Below are positions 1-13,109 of a DNA stretch of 64,000 nucleotides, piece by piece. Position 1 is the stretch's first letter; the number at the start of each line of letters is the position of its first letter. Origin of the DNA: Tubulanus polymorphus (lineage: Eukaryota > Animalia > Nemertea); assembly GCF_964204645.1 (NCBI RefSeq), contig NW_027437438.1, forward strand, positions 88,001 to 152,000. Direction: 5' to 3'. The position numbers and the translations under genes are program-made. The notes under the pieces were generated by a model that was not told the DNA's origin, did not search any database, and saw nothing but the letters and a program-made list of their open reading frames with translations.

Positions 1-3000
1 TCCGCTTGTGCAATCCGCATGCTCTTTAGTAATGTCCTATTTTGCCGTTCTATCTCCCCATTAGCCTGTGGCCAGATGGGGGGCTTAACCTGTGCTCGAT
101 ATTAATCTCGGCCAGGTAATGTTGGAATTTTCCGAGATGAATTGCCTCCCGTTGTCAGTTTTCAGCGACCTTGGTAACCCAAACGCTGCGAATATTTTAT
201 CTAAACAACGTATTATCTCGCGGGACCTTAAATCCCTGATTATCTCGACTCCCAAGAATCGGCTATAATAATCGATAATTGCCAATACGTATTCCCCTCC
301 CGGCATCGGGCCAAGGAGGTCTGCGGCGGTATCCTGCCACGGCCCAGCCGGCAGCTCGTACCTTTTCATCGGTTCCGGTCTAGACGGCAGACTAACAAGT
401 TGGCAACCCCGGCATGGGTTCACAACTCTCTCTGCATCACGATCTATGCCCGGCCACCATACTTTCGCTCTCAACCGACGCTTCGTTTTCACGATCCCTT
501 GATGGCCCTCATGCGCGAGGCTCACGGCGCGTTTCCGTGGTGATTCGGGGATAACGATACGGCAGCCCCGTAAGATCAGGTTATCGACAGCGCAAAGTTC
601 AGTCCGAACGTTCTTATACCCCAGCGGACAGTCGTGCCACTTATCCGTCTCGATGCACTCTCTGACGATTTGTAGCTTCTCGTCAGACTCGGATGCTCTG
701 CCGATCTCTGAAACCTTCAGCGCGACTGGCGTAGCGTGAGCTACGATAAACCGCACATACTCCTCGCCCATATTGTCGTCGTTTCCGTCCGACGGATTAA
801 TCAGCCGCGATAGCGCGTCTGCGGCCATTTCTTTACCGGGAATATGCTTGACGGTGAAGTCATAGGGTTGCAAACGTAATACCCACCTCTCAATCCGCGC
901 GAATGGTTTAGACCTTGGCGAATAAATGAAAGTCAGAGGTTTATGATCCGTAACGATATCGAACCGTATACCGTAAAGAAACGTGTGGAATCTCTCACAT
1001 GCCCACACGATTCCCAGCGCCTCTCTCTCCGTTTGCGAATAACGCCTCTCAACCTGAGATAGGCTGCGATTTGCATAATACACGACGCGTTTTACCTTGT
1101 CCTGCGTTTGCACTAACATTGCCCCCAGACCGACTGGGCTGGCGTCGACTATAATTTCAGTCGGGGCACCCTTTTCGAAATACGCTAGTGTATCTGCTTT
1201 ACCGAGCTCTAGTTTCAGCTTACCAAACGCACGGTCGTGTTCTTTACCCCAGTGGAACGATACGCCGTTTCGGGTGAGCAGTCTCAACGGATCCGCGATT
1301 GTCGACAAATTATTGATGAATCGACTACTGAAATTCACCAAGCCCAGGAAGCTCCGGACTTCAGATGCGGAATTCGGCTTCCTTGCCTCGAGAACAGCTT
1401 TCACGCAATCTTTGACCAACATACTCTATCTCGGGTAAACGTATGTGGCATTTCGGCAGATTCACAGTGAGTCCGTTTTTTGCTAAAGTTTCCAGCACTT
1501 TGATAAGACGAGCATCGTGCTCATCGTCCCCTTTCCCGTGAATAATAAAGTCATCTGAAATGTTCGCGACGCCCGGACAATCAGCAAGAACCTGCTTAAC
1601 GACATGTTGGAAGAGTTCCGGGGCTGAACATAAGTCTTTTTTAACGGAAAATACCAAGATGACATGAAAACGTTTTTATACTGCGCGATTCCTCTTCAAG
1701 TTCTAACTGGTGAAATCCACTCTTCAGATCTATCTTACTAAAGACAGTACTACCATTCATGCTCTGAATTACCTCGTCAACCGTCGGAATCGGGTGACGC
1801 TCACGTATGACGGCTGTGTTTGCTTGCCGCATATCTACACAGACGCGAATATCCCCCGACGGTTTCGGCGCAATTACAAGTGGAGAGACCCAGGGCGTCG
1901 GTCCTTCCACCTTTTCGATTATGTCTTCCTCAAGGGGCTGATTAATCTTTGTTTCTAATCTGTCACGCAAGGCGAATGGAATTCTCCGAGAATTCTGCGC
2001 TACCGGTTTGATATTCTCATCCACATGGATTTTAGCTTGGTAGCCCTTTAGTTTACCGACCCCCGAACAAATTTCCGGATATCGTTTCTCAATATCGCTT
2101 ATCGTTATGCGTTTGTCGCTAATTGTATTAATGCCCAATCCGACCTTGAGAACGCCCAGTTTCTCAGCAGTAGATTTTCCAATCAGCGATCTGCCTTTAC
2201 CGCTAATAACGAGGAACCGGTCGCCAACTCCGAGGGTTGTGACGAATTTACCGACTGTAGATAACGGTTCTACTGAACCGTATGGGTGGAGTTTTTTTCG
2301 ATACCCGCACCGCAGTGCAGCTGATTTTCTGCTTTTTCAAATAATTCCACGTATCGGAGTCAATCACATTCACGGTTGAACCCGAGTCAACCAACGCTCG
2401 TATAATTATATCGCCTACTTTTAAATCGATGACGCCATCGCGCATCTCGTGACGCAACGAAAACAAGCTCTCTCCGACGGTGAATGGATATTCGGCCTCG
2501 TCATCGGAATCTCCCGCCACTGCGTTTGTTTTGTTTCTGTGTCTCGGCTCCCGGCCAACAGTGAACTTACTCTTACAGCATTTTGCGAAGTGACCCACTT
2601 TTCCACATTTCTTGCAGGAAGCTGACTGGGCAGGACATGATTTATCTTTTGAAATATGTCCCTGTTTCCCGCAACGGTAACACGTAATATCTGACTTCGC
2701 GCCAGAACGATAATTTCTACTGTAAACATTCGGCTTCGGTTTCCTCCTATCGACATGATTAACCTCACTTCTCGGTTTAACTTCCTCCATCTGCCTAGAC
2801 TGTATATCGACGGCTTCCATAGCTCTGGCTAGACTCAAAACAGTATTCAAATCGAGGGCTTCGCCTTTCTGAAGAAGTTCCCTTCGTAGCTGCGAGGACC
2901 TACATGATTCAACGACATGATCGCAAATCTGTTCCTTCTCGTCGGCAAACTCAGTTTTTCGCCTGATTGCGTAATCTGGCAACAAACTGGTCTACTGTTT

Positions 3001-3336
3001 CCGAACCCTCCTGTTTCAGGGAACGAAAAATGTGTCTTTCGAAAGTTTTATTTAATTTCGGGACGAAAAATTATCTAACTTACGAACCGCCTTTTTGAAC
3101 TCATCATCTTGCTCGCCTGGGACTCCAGGAACGAAACCTACTTCTGGTAGTGTTTCAAACATTTCCTGTACATCCATTCCGGCTGAGTGGAGTAACAGGG
3201 CTCTCTTCTGGCCCGCGTCCCGTATACCCTTTCCTTCGACGTAATAAAGAAACGCTTTCATTCACCGTTTCCATCTGGGTCCCACGCTCGAAGCATCCTC
3301 AGCACAGTCAAACTTTACCATCGGAGCGACATCCAT
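1..3336 (-). pseudogene. Gypsy gag-pol pseudogene
   Basis: ATG at 3336 reads MDVAPMVKFDCAEDASSVGPRWKR*MKAF (in-frame stop); coding split over ORFs 3052-3261, 2248-2985, 1641-2138, 1361-1657, 85-1422 by frameshifts. Confidence 0.92.
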
Positions 3337-3352
3337 TTTAGAACTTTAGTTT

Positions 3353-3365
3353 ATCCTCGTCGCCA
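3353..3365 (-). promoter_or_regulatory. Primer-binding site complementary to tRNA-Ser(GCT) 3' end
   Basis: Minus strand TGGCGACGAGGAT, 2 nt after the LTR end; complementary to the ...ATCCTCGTCG-CCA end of metazoan tRNA-Ser(GCT). Confidence 0.85.
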
Positions 3366-3367
3366 TT

Positions 3368-3554
3368 TGTGACGTCCAACTGATTAAATACGGACAATAG
3401 AGTTAGACAATACTACAAAGTCTCTTTATTCAGCCACGTAACTACATCCGGCCTACACTAGATTACATAAACCACCTAACACTAATACACTGACGTAAGA
3501 CACTACAATAACTGAAGGCCTACTCACATGCGCGCACGCGCCCTACACAGCACA
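3368..3554 (-). repeat. 5' LTR of the Gypsy element (outer boundary approximate)
   Basis: TGT...ACA termini, minus-strand AATAAA at ~3425-3430, abuts PBS; the partner LTR is outside the window. Confidence 0.65.
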
Positions 3555-3654
3555 TTGCACAGAAACTGGCGCAAAGCACTTATCGACACTTTCGCTTGCG
3601 GGGTCCGAACCTAAATCATTTTTAATAGCAACACAACTTTGCTAACATGGTAAG

Positions 3655-4397
3655 TCATTTTGTGAAACGTTCAAATGTGATGTGACCAAGATTAAGAATA
3701 AGAAGAGAGTTGTAACGTCCTAGTAAGTACGTACCTGTATGATCGCATATCGCCTGTACGTTGATACTGTTAAAATTCTTCCGATTGACATATGCTGGCT
3801 CGTTCTGGACTGGTGACTGGATTCTAACGTGAGTTCCATCAACAACTCCTGCTTCTCTGGGGAACCCAACCTCGGCTAAATCGTAAAAAGCAGCCATCAC
3901 CTTCCTCAAATCATCTTGCGTGGTTGGCCATTTGATAAAATCGTTCATCCTATTAGCCAAACTAGTGGCTTGTATATATAATTCTGGAAACTGTCGATTT
4001 ATGTACACCAAAGTTATCTGCTATTACAGACAGAAAAGCCCCAGAAGCCCCAGGTCCTCGCGTAAAGTTCAGCAATAAAGTTTATCCCATTTCTTCCAAA
4101 ACGAAATCTTTCTCGTAGGCATTCATCGGAAAACTGATTGAGATGATCAAATCGCTGTCGATTTACTCTGTTGTAGCCAAATTCAGACAATAAAAAGGCT
4201 ATGTCGGCCATTTTTAACCACTGGTTAAGAACTTAACATAGCCCTGTGGTTCGTTTAACTTAAACCGATGGTTAGAGAATTTAACCGTTGGTTCAATTTT
4301 TGAGCAACCCAATCTCACCGACAGTTGAGAGTTTAACCGTCGGTTAGGGATTTAAACGACGGTTAAGAGTTGAACCAACCTTTGAGCAACTGGCCCC
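3655..4397 (-). mobile_element. PIF/Harbinger transposon 5' remnant with HARBI1-like DDE nuclease fragment
   Basis: ORFs 4014-4211 (FRERFRF-like HTH start) and 3655-4011 (GFP..AGVVDGTHVRIQSP...YVNRKNFNSINVQAICD); terminus GGGGCCAGTTGC at ~4397 with subterminal TTAACC/GGTTAA repeats. Confidence 0.88.
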
Positions 4398-4432
4398 AGG
4401 ATAAATTTGACCCCAAAAAACAAGTAAAGGAT

Positions 4433-5466
4433 GAGTAAGCACCACAGTAACCATTTGAAGGTAAGTAGGCTTAAACATAGGCGACGATACGTTGTTTTAT
4501 CCAATCCACAGCCCTGTGTTGGTAATGAATTCCACAGAAGTCAGCGGACCGAAGCTGCGGGTGTGGAATCTCACGGAAACCTGCTTCCCGTGCTCTTCTG
4601 TTAAAATGTCTTATCCGGCGCACAGCGTCAGCGTTTTCCTCGTGGCATGGTGGAACAGGGACCTCCAAATGGTACAGTGGAACCGAAGGAAATTTTCTCT
4701 GCAATATTTTGTAGAGCTCAACGATATCTGCACAGGTATGGCGTCTGAACTGCCGTGTATGGTTCAGGCCATGATTAAAACTGATGAACACCTTATGTGG
4801 GTATGTCGGATGTAGCTAACCGGGCCCTGAACCTTCTCCCCCGGATGACTAATGGGGATAATAATAGCGTCTGCTTTGAGCTGCTTGAACATGGAATCAG
4901 ATAGTTATAACAGTGGTAGGCGGGAACGAATGCATCTGGTCGCTAGCCGTTGCATTCTTGAGTCCAGGTCATCAGGGTTACCGCCAGCCTTCTTCACCAT
5001 ATCCCGTAGGTAGAACCATAGCTCTCCAAACCGAGAGGTGCCAAGCTTAGGCGGGGTCCTCGACAGTGCACTTATCAAACCCATAACGGTGGCAAGCAGT
5101 TCTCTTTCCGCCAATTCTGCCAGTTTCCTCCTGCATGGTTTTGGGTGGCGACCAAAGTATTGAACAAACTGCATGACTGATCTACGAAGATTTTTCTTCT
5201 CTTCAACAATAGCTGGGCGGTGTCAAGCTTCACGGTGTCAAGCTCGAGTACATCCATTTGCAAATTTCTTTTCGCTTCCTAAACCCGACAAATCAAATTC
5301 GACAATTAAAATTTGGCTTTAAGATTTAGCATTTAGTGAAAAGTGAGTAGAGTAGTACACGTATACGCGGGAGTGGATATTTAGTATATAATGAATATAG
5401 TGCATCTGGTTATGCATTTAAACACGAGTAAGCACCACAGTAACCATTTGAAGGTAAGTAGGCTTA
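4433..5466. repeat. Pair of identical 41-bp direct repeats (4433-4473, 5426-5466)
   Basis: GAGTAAGCACCACAGTAACCATTTGAAGGTAAGTAGGCTTA occurs twice, bracketing the SGNH-like ORF. Confidence 0.95.
4471..5263 (-). pseudogene. SGNH/GDSL-like hydrolase pseudogene (TE-associated)
   Basis: Reading through one stop (4905) and frameshifts gives PLL*LSDSM (block I), SHPG (block II), HGLNH (block III), DFCGIHY (block V). Confidence 0.6.
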
Positions 5467-5978
5467 GTGTCGCTTATGAGGAACTGTCTTTCCAGTCTAA
5501 CGCAAGTCAACATAATCAGTATTTGCCTGTAACAAACTCCTACCCTACTTAAGCCAAAGTTCTTTGTTTTGAGCTATACGTGACCTTAGTTCTTCGCATT
5601 TACAACAGTTAATCTGCTCACGAAATCTTTTCGGGGGCTGCAACTGATTACGAGGGCGAAGTCTGCTTTTAGGGCTAGTTTCTTCAACCACCTCCTCCAT
5701 TTTCTCTTCCCTCTGGGGCACTGGCAAATCAACATCTTCTCAGGGCTGCTCGTGAGTACAGCCAGTCTCTATTTCAGCTAAGCGATCTGGCTTGCTGGCA
5801 GATCCTGGAAGTGGCTTATTCTGTGCCCGAGTCATCTTATTCAGTCCCTGCTTTTTAGCCCTCCGGGTCCACACGATGTAATCATCGTCAACCGACCCCT
5901 ACGAAGAACTCTTGGTAGGCTGTCTTGAATCCCTCGGCTTCCTTTCAGGTCTTTTCTCTCGCCTTAACGATGGGGTGT

Positions 5979-8900
5979 CTACAGTTGGCTCCCAACGGCG
6001 ACTTTGGCTGTTTTTGGAATTGTCAATTTACCATCAGTTGAGGAAATAGTTTTAATAGATTTCTTTTTCGTTTTAATGTTCATGAACTTATTGTATATGG
6101 TTTCCTTGTCTTCGTTGCTTTTCTGCATCCACATTACATGGGAAATAGTATATCTTTGTAAAGAAAGAACAACTTCATAATTTCCTTGATGGTGAAGGGC
6201 ACGACAGACATCGATATACTGGATTTTTACCAATTTGTGTAACTGTTCTATCAAATCGGGGATCTTCAGAATCTTCCAGTTAGTTGCTAAATTGATTATA
6301 CTGTTTATAGTCTCTGGGTTATTGTTTGTCCATCCTATAGGGTGACATTTCTTAACTTGAGATGGCGTGAATACATACTCTTCAAGTCTTGGCTCCAGCT
6401 TTTCAAAGTATGGGATGAAGAGCGGAGCGATTTCGTTGATTCTAGCCTTGACCTTCATCATTCTGAGTTTATGCTTATACTCATCAAGTTCATGTAACGC
6501 GCCGCTTTTACCAAATATAGAGTCGACTATATCATATTTTATCATTCACCCCAATTTTGTGTTGCAAATGCCATTTTACGTTTTCAATCAAATGTCGGTA
6601 GCATAACAATTGAGTAGCATTTGGAAATGTCTCTTTGATTGCTTTCAGTACAGCTTTTTCTTCGCCGGATCCAACGGTTAACATTTTGCCCGCAATTTCT
6701 GTATTTACGTTCGAGTCTAATTTCCCTTTTAAATGAGAGAAGAATCGCTGGTACGTAATGGTCTCGCCGTCCCAATGCAGAAATAATGGCCCAATGAAAA
6801 TTGGTGATTCTTGTGTTTCACGACGGAGCAAATGGGTGTTCTTGAAAACCGTTATAGTCAAATAGCAGGCACCGATCGATGCCAAGAATCGAAGGTTCCG
6901 CCGCTTGCGTACAAAATCGTTTTACGTCTCTCATCTGTTGCTCTGTATATAAAATAACCGTCGGAGGTTTTTCGATCGAAGTAATAACCTCTCGGATGAA
7001 ATCACTGCCGGATTGCATATTCATGAGAGTTTGTATTTCATCCGCTACATTCTTACGGTTGCCGGATGTGCGATCCTTGACCATTTCACGGTGCCGTTCT
7101 GTACCTGTTTCAAGTTTCTTGGCGCTGATGATGAGCTATTTAGACATATGTGGTTATGAACTTGCATTGGTGCTTGTGTGGTCACCTTATCGGCGATTAC
7201 ATCCATGACGGAGTCTGAAGTCCGAAAATATTCTATTCCTGTTCCCTTTTTTGTATTGCCATGCGGCGTACCACTATCCGGTGAATCACCGAGATACTCC
7301 ACTACTGACCGGTTTCGTACATCGCCGAAGTTTGCTGGAGAATGGTCAATCCAAGTAATTCGTTTTTTGAAATCCGGTTTTCGTTTTAGTGTAGCGTAAA
7401 ACCGCCTCAAAATAATCAAATCTTCGTCAGAAGGTTGTTGATCAAATGCTACGAATTCTTTTTTCACCCTAATGCCGTACGAACCATTCTTCGTTTGGAT
7501 GACCTGGAAGATGAAATTTACCTGATGAAATCCCGATCATTCAAATCACAAATAGAAGTGATGGACGTCAATTTTAGTACGTATATAACGTATTTATGCG
7601 TTTTTACCTTATGTGTTCCATTTTCTTGTATGAGAACCACCACCTTCTTAGTTGAAGACATCTTTTTGTCCCAAATTCCAGAGTCATCAACGAATTTACT
7701 CCGGTTCCCAGCCTGTCTACGTTGAATGTTATTGGTGTTGTCTAATATGTAGTACACATCATGTTTTCGGCCGTTTGGAATACTGGTGGGAAAATCTAAT
7801 TTTTCGGTGGCGGATTTTCTAATCACATCAATCACTCCAGCGGTATCCAAAAATCTCCCATTTAGCCGGCCCGAAGAGCCGTCATTTTCATTTGATTGTA
7901 TCGTCGTGGTGCCGTCGTCAAATGTGTCAGACGGTGATGAAACGCCTAGAAAGGAGATAGATATGCTATTAAAAACGGTCAATTTAGATTCCCAGGCATT
8001 GTTTAATACTTCAAATTGATATACACACCTGTTAAATCTGATCTGGAAGAAAGTGTAGAACTATGCCCTGGTTGATCATTGCACAGGCGGATCCAGTTTT
8101 TATAGGGGGTGGACAGGACAAAGTAGGGCACACCTTTCTATGGCACATCGCGAGCGCCGAAGGCGCGATGCCCACAAGGGGGGAAATTTTGAAAATTTGG
8201 TGTTCTTAAATGTGTTTTGTGGCATTTCAGAGGGTCCATTCTAGGAGAAAAAGAAGTCATTTAGACTTCATTTTGTAACCTTAGGGTCCAGGAAGGTGCC
8301 ACAGATAGGGCAAAAAACAAGCACATAAAATTTGAGTTTCATACACATCATCTTTTTATTTATACTCTACTCTTGTTATTGTCAGATTTTATTGCATTTC
8401 CTTTCCTCTGATAAAATATTCAAATTTTAAAAAGTTTTCATCGTAACGCTATAAAATGTGCCCTTTTTATCAACTTTTCTGACATTTCACGTGCCCATAT
8501 TCCAGAAAAGATATAACAGAATATGCCTTTTTCACAGTTTTCATCGTATATACTCTATAAGATGTGCCCTTTTTATCAATTTCTCGGGCATTATAGGTGC
8601 CCCTATTTCAGAATTCATGCCCGTTTCACAATTTTCATCGTATATACGCTTATAAGATGTGCCCTTTTTATTAATTTCTCTGGCATTATAGGTGCCCCTA
8701 TTACATAATAGGTGCCCTTAGATATGACAGCACAGCAGCATGAATGCCATTTTCAAAGGCAACGTCCTTGACTGCCGAATCGCGCGATGTAAATATAGTC
8801 GTGTTCGAGTGATCGAGTGTTAAAAATCGAGTGTTAAAATTTTCTTCTATTGCTTTTTTTTCTGACATTCCTGAAAGCCAGGAGGGCACTTTTAATTTTT

Positions 8901-9656
8901 CAAGGGGGTGGACTGGTCCACTCGGTCCACCACCCTAGATCCGCCCTTGCATTGATCAGGCGTGTCTTCGCGTCGATTTTGTCTGAAAAGAAATAGAAAA
9001 AATCAGTTCCTGTTATAACTTAGTTATCAAATGTTGTTATAATAATTCAATTGTTTTTACAAAACTTACAATCTACATCGACTTTTTTAAGTGCGGGAAC
9101 TGTTATTCTGGACTCGTCAAATTCCGGAAACGGCGCAGAAATACCTATAGATATGATTTCATGTTTAATTAATGATAGTCCTGTTGCCAAACGATTAAAT
9201 AGATCGAGCAGTTAATAGATCGAGCAGTATGACGACATGACGACGTAACGTACCTGCAGCTGTACTATTAAACTGTCTTGATGGGCTGTCAGAATCTTGC
9301 ATTTGTAAAGGACTAACGCAGTTCTCAAAGCTCACTCTTTTCGAAGATCTCTTCTCTGCAAAGACAAAATGGAATGTAAGCTAACAATGCAGCTTGAACT
9401 TTATGTAGAGTTATTAGATGTTAAGTATATATGTCTTACCGGAATTTCGTGGTGACATCTTAAAACTGGTCATGCGTTTCTCCTTTCGTGTGGTTTCTAA
9501 AACAGAAAAAAGAAGACTTGCTTTTTTCTGTACACTTTTTTTCTTATTTGTTTCAGATTGAGAGTCGACACTATTGATCCGCAGCTGAATTGTACTTTCA
9601 AAAAGATCAAACGATTTATATACGTAGGTTTCTTGGCATGTCCTGGGAGAACACAC
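5979..9656 (-). pseudogene. Mutator-like (MULE) transposase pseudogene, spliced, frameshifted
   Basis: Motifs SILGIDR, CYLTITVFKN, PIFIGP, GSGEEKAVLKAIKETFPNATQLLCYRHLIENVK (CxxH), WTNNNPETINSII; upstream exons (donor 9439, acceptor 8983, donor ~8028, acceptor ~7948) join in frame once the 8082-8949 MITE is removed. Confidence 0.85.
8082..8949. mobile_element. MITE with 15-bp imperfect TIRs and 5-bp TSD (CATTG)
   Basis: Ends CACAGGCGGATCCAG / CTAGATCCGCCCTTG; CATTG at 8077-8081 and 8950-8954; internal GTGCCCTTTT repeats. Confidence 0.85.
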
Positions 9657-10826
9657 GCATTGTTCGTTATGTACGATAATACATTTTCCGCCTTAATGGT
9701 TGTTTGTCTGAAACTTTTATACTGGTATCAGACGAGCATTCTAAATCATTTGAAGGTAATCACGGCGCTGTAGTCATGAGAAGAATTCGTGGAAATGAGC
9801 AATTATGAAATAAACTTATGAAACACTCGCTGACCCTTAGTCTGATAAATCGATAATAAGGAGGAATATTAAAGAGTGACATTAAAGGGTTTTTATTATT
9901 TTAATTAATAAAAGTTTGTGTGTTTTAATTTGAATGTACTAATATCGATAAAGAATATAAATAAGAAAGATGATATTTCGGCTTACATTGTATATTACTA
10001 TTTAGACAAAATTAAATATCGTTCATTGTGGGAATTGTGTTCATTGGATAAGTTAAAATAAATGAGTTTGAGGGTTGGAAAAATAGTATGTAATCTCTTC
10101 GGTGCGGTTGAGAAGGAGAGCAGACCGGCAGGTATCATGACGTCGAGGGTCGGGTTAAAGTTAGCAGCGAATGAAAAGTCTAGGAATCAGGACCCCAGCT
10201 CTGCGTCGTGGTGCTGCGTTGGTTGCTCGTTCCCTTTTACGGCTGGCCGCAAGCAGGTTTCTGGATTTTTCTTGGGTGTGGACGCAGCCGTATAAAAGGG
10301 GCCGCACCTCGAGAGAGCGGACTCTTTTAGAAAGCATTTTCAGGGGAAGCATTAGAAGACTATAGAACAGATAACTTTCGGCTATCCGGTTGAATTGCAT
10401 CTTCTTGTGTGCGGGATTTGTAACAAAATTCTAAATTAAAAGGTAGGGAATTTTGTAAATTGTTGAGACTAAAGTTCAATTTAAATTGTTAGAATAAAAG
10501 TTGAGTATTATCATATTTAAATCCGGAGTTCCTTTCGGGTTTCTGTGTTCGTGGTCGACTTTCTCGCCAGGGACCGGAGTTTGTAATAGAGGAAAAAGAC
10601 AATAGAGAAAGGGACCGCGGAACACTATATAAAACTTACTCGGTGTCTGATCTAAGCTTGGAAACGTTTCTTCTGACGAAAGATAAAGCACATTTTCCTT
10701 GTCTACCGCTGCAATGATAGAATTTGGTGAATTAAGGCATATATTCATTTGGTAAAAACTCTCACTAGATAATTTCAGAAATCATTTAAAGAATCTTCGT
10801 TTCATACGAAGTTTGGTAACTTAAAA

Positions 10827-12361
10827 TTATGAACACTTACACGAGGTCGTTGAAATCATTTTCAAACGATTCTTTTCTATCAAAGGGACGAAATGGTTTG
10901 GTATCCACACATTTCCGTGCGACTCTCCAATTCTTGTCCACAATATATTAATTGGAGGTGACATTTTCCTATGGCATTCACGAGGCACCATTTCGGTATT
11001 TAGCAGTCTCACGTGCTGGTCCATCATACCAATCACAGGTGGATATACAGTTCGTATGTAGCGCCCAATAACTGTCGCCAATGCGTGAATTGTTATTTGT
11101 GGCGATTAGGCGTAATCAGTTGCTGCAGCCCTACATGTTTCCTCTATAGATGGCGATATTAATGCGTATCCCCTGTTCTCTGCTTCTTGTTCATAGAACT
11201 TCGTGTTTCTGACGAGGTCTGTCGCTGTCCTGACTCTGAGTTCATCGGCAAGTATTTCGGTTCCTAATTAAGCCATGGAAACTGCATTAAAGAGACAGTT
11301 TCCATCTCCTCTAACACGCACAGGAATAAGCCTGGTACGTTCACAATGTTTCGCGATAATTGATCGGCATCAGCGACTATTTCAGGAGTCAATTTCTGTT
11401 CGAATTGTCCAAAACTGGCCAGTTTGATGGCCACCATGTTGGCTGCTTTATGAAGGCCCTCCTTTCTTAGTATAGCGGCTTCGTATAGGATGAGTAGGCG
11501 GGTGTACATAATAGATCCACCGGGCTTGGAAAAACACTTGTTGCAATTGTATTTCAATTTCGATTGGCCCAGCAGCTCGAATTCTTCATACCCTATCTTC
11601 TCGCTTGCAGCATGACACCACTGCTTGCAGATAGGACAATAAACGCTGGGTTCCTTATCGCATGAAAGCATACATACCCCGCAAGGCCACTTGGTTTTAC
11701 CTAAAAGAAAATTTACAATATTAGTTTTAGGAAATTTGTATCATCAGTTTTCAGAATTTCAATTATCAATGCGGATTTTAAAATGTCAGACATCAGTTAG
11801 AAAGGTGATAATTTGTTAAACAATATCGGCCTGTGTCAATTCTACCACGTATTTCAAAAATTTTAGAGAAGTTGATTTATGTGTGATTGAAAACATTTGT
11901 AGATAAATACATGTTAATAAATACATCACATTCATATTTGGAGAAGGCTATTCGACGGACATTGCATGGCTATCAATTTAATTATTTCTCATAATAATAA
12001 TTCAAATCATTCGTTTGTATCATGCAAACATGGTAAGTTTAAATAATTTTGAACAAATGACACAATCATAAAAGAAAAAGAATCGGGCCTAAAATTGAAC
12101 TTTGATGAATTCCGCATGAATAAAAGTGACCCTTGAATGTCAAGAACAAAAAAAGTTATATCTTTGGTTCAAATAGATAGATTGTCTCTTAAATTTAAGA
12201 GTAAAATCTCTGTAAATTTATTATATCTGATAAAATTCTCTTGTAATATTCTTACCTTTCGAATCATTTTTAATTTTGTTGCCACGTTTCTGACTAGCCC
12301 GTTTCTGATCATCGGAAGCTATTTGGCGTCGCGAAGGTTTTCTTGACCTTTTAAAATCCAT
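10827..12361 (-). pseudogene. PHD finger + vertnin-like OTU cysteine protease gene (spliced, disrupted)
   Basis: Exon 12361-12256 (MDFKRSRKPSRR...NDSK) splices via GT-AG phase-1 intron 12255-11701 to GKTKWPCGVC...CPICKQWCH...YNCNKC (PHD); then, frameshifted, PVRVRGDGNCLFNAVSMA and HALATVIGRYIRTVYPP...PNHFVPL (OTU Cys and His boxes). Confidence 0.8.
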
Positions 12362-12502
12362 GGCTGTCCTCTATTAGTTGTTGAAATAGAATGACCCATC
12401 TTGGCCATTACCGCTTTTTATTTAGTTCGCCAAGAACTAATCACTAATTATCATACTAATAATTTCTATCCCTCAGAACAAAATTCTCATTCTGATTATC
12501 CG

Positions 12503-12940
12503 TTAGTTTGTAACTGTTTTTATGTGCTATTTCTAAATTTCTTTAATTTGTCCTTTGATCAAGATTCACTATTGTCTCGGGTTAACCCCCTAGTTTGCCA
12601 TGCCTTAATTCGTTAGTTTGTCTTTGTATTGTATTTCTAAATTTCTCTACGCTCTTGTCCTTGATTAAACTTTAATATTCACTATTATCTTGTTAAGATC
12701 CCCTAGTTTGCCTTGCCTTAATTCGTTTAGTTTGTAACTGTCTTTGTATTGTATTTCTAAATTTCTCTACGCTCTCGTCCTTTGATTAAACTTTAATATT
12801 CACTATTGTCTCGTTAAGATCCCCTAGGTTGCCATGCCTTAATTCGTTTAGATTGTAACTGTCTTTGTATTGTATTTCTAAATTTCTCTACGCTCTTGTC
12901 CTTTGATTAAACTTAAATATTCACTATTGTCTTGTTAAGC
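12503..12940. repeat. ~120-bp tandem repeat, about 3.5 copies
   Basis: TGTCTTTGTATTGTATTTCTAAATTTCTCTACGC recurs at ~12619, ~12740, ~12860, with a diverged first copy. Confidence 0.9.
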
Positions 12941-13109
12941 TAAACAATTCAACTCTGGTCACCTTTGACTCTGGACATTGACAACTAGGGGCCTGAACAT
13001 CGGAAAAGCTTTTAACAAATCATCGTATCCTTTATTGAAACATACAGCGAACTGAAAAAAATCATATACATTCATTCTATTTATTTGTTTTTTTATGCGA
13101 GTCACGTCG

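Larger units (their letters stand above)
1..3554 (-). mobile_element. Ty3/Gypsy LTR retrotransposon (Mag/SURL-like), frameshifted; 3' part runs off the window start
   Basis: Minus-strand order gag (two CCHC knuckles CYRCGKQGHISKDKSC / CKKCGKVGHFAKCC), protease (LVDSGS), RT (PWVSPLVI, IRVCVDMR, KIDLKSGFHQ, SDDFII), RNase H (VDASPVGLGA, YSQTEREAL, TDHKPL), integrase (HEGHQG...C..C, IIDYYSRF, TDNGRQF); PBS and LTR immediately upstream. Confidence 0.95.
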
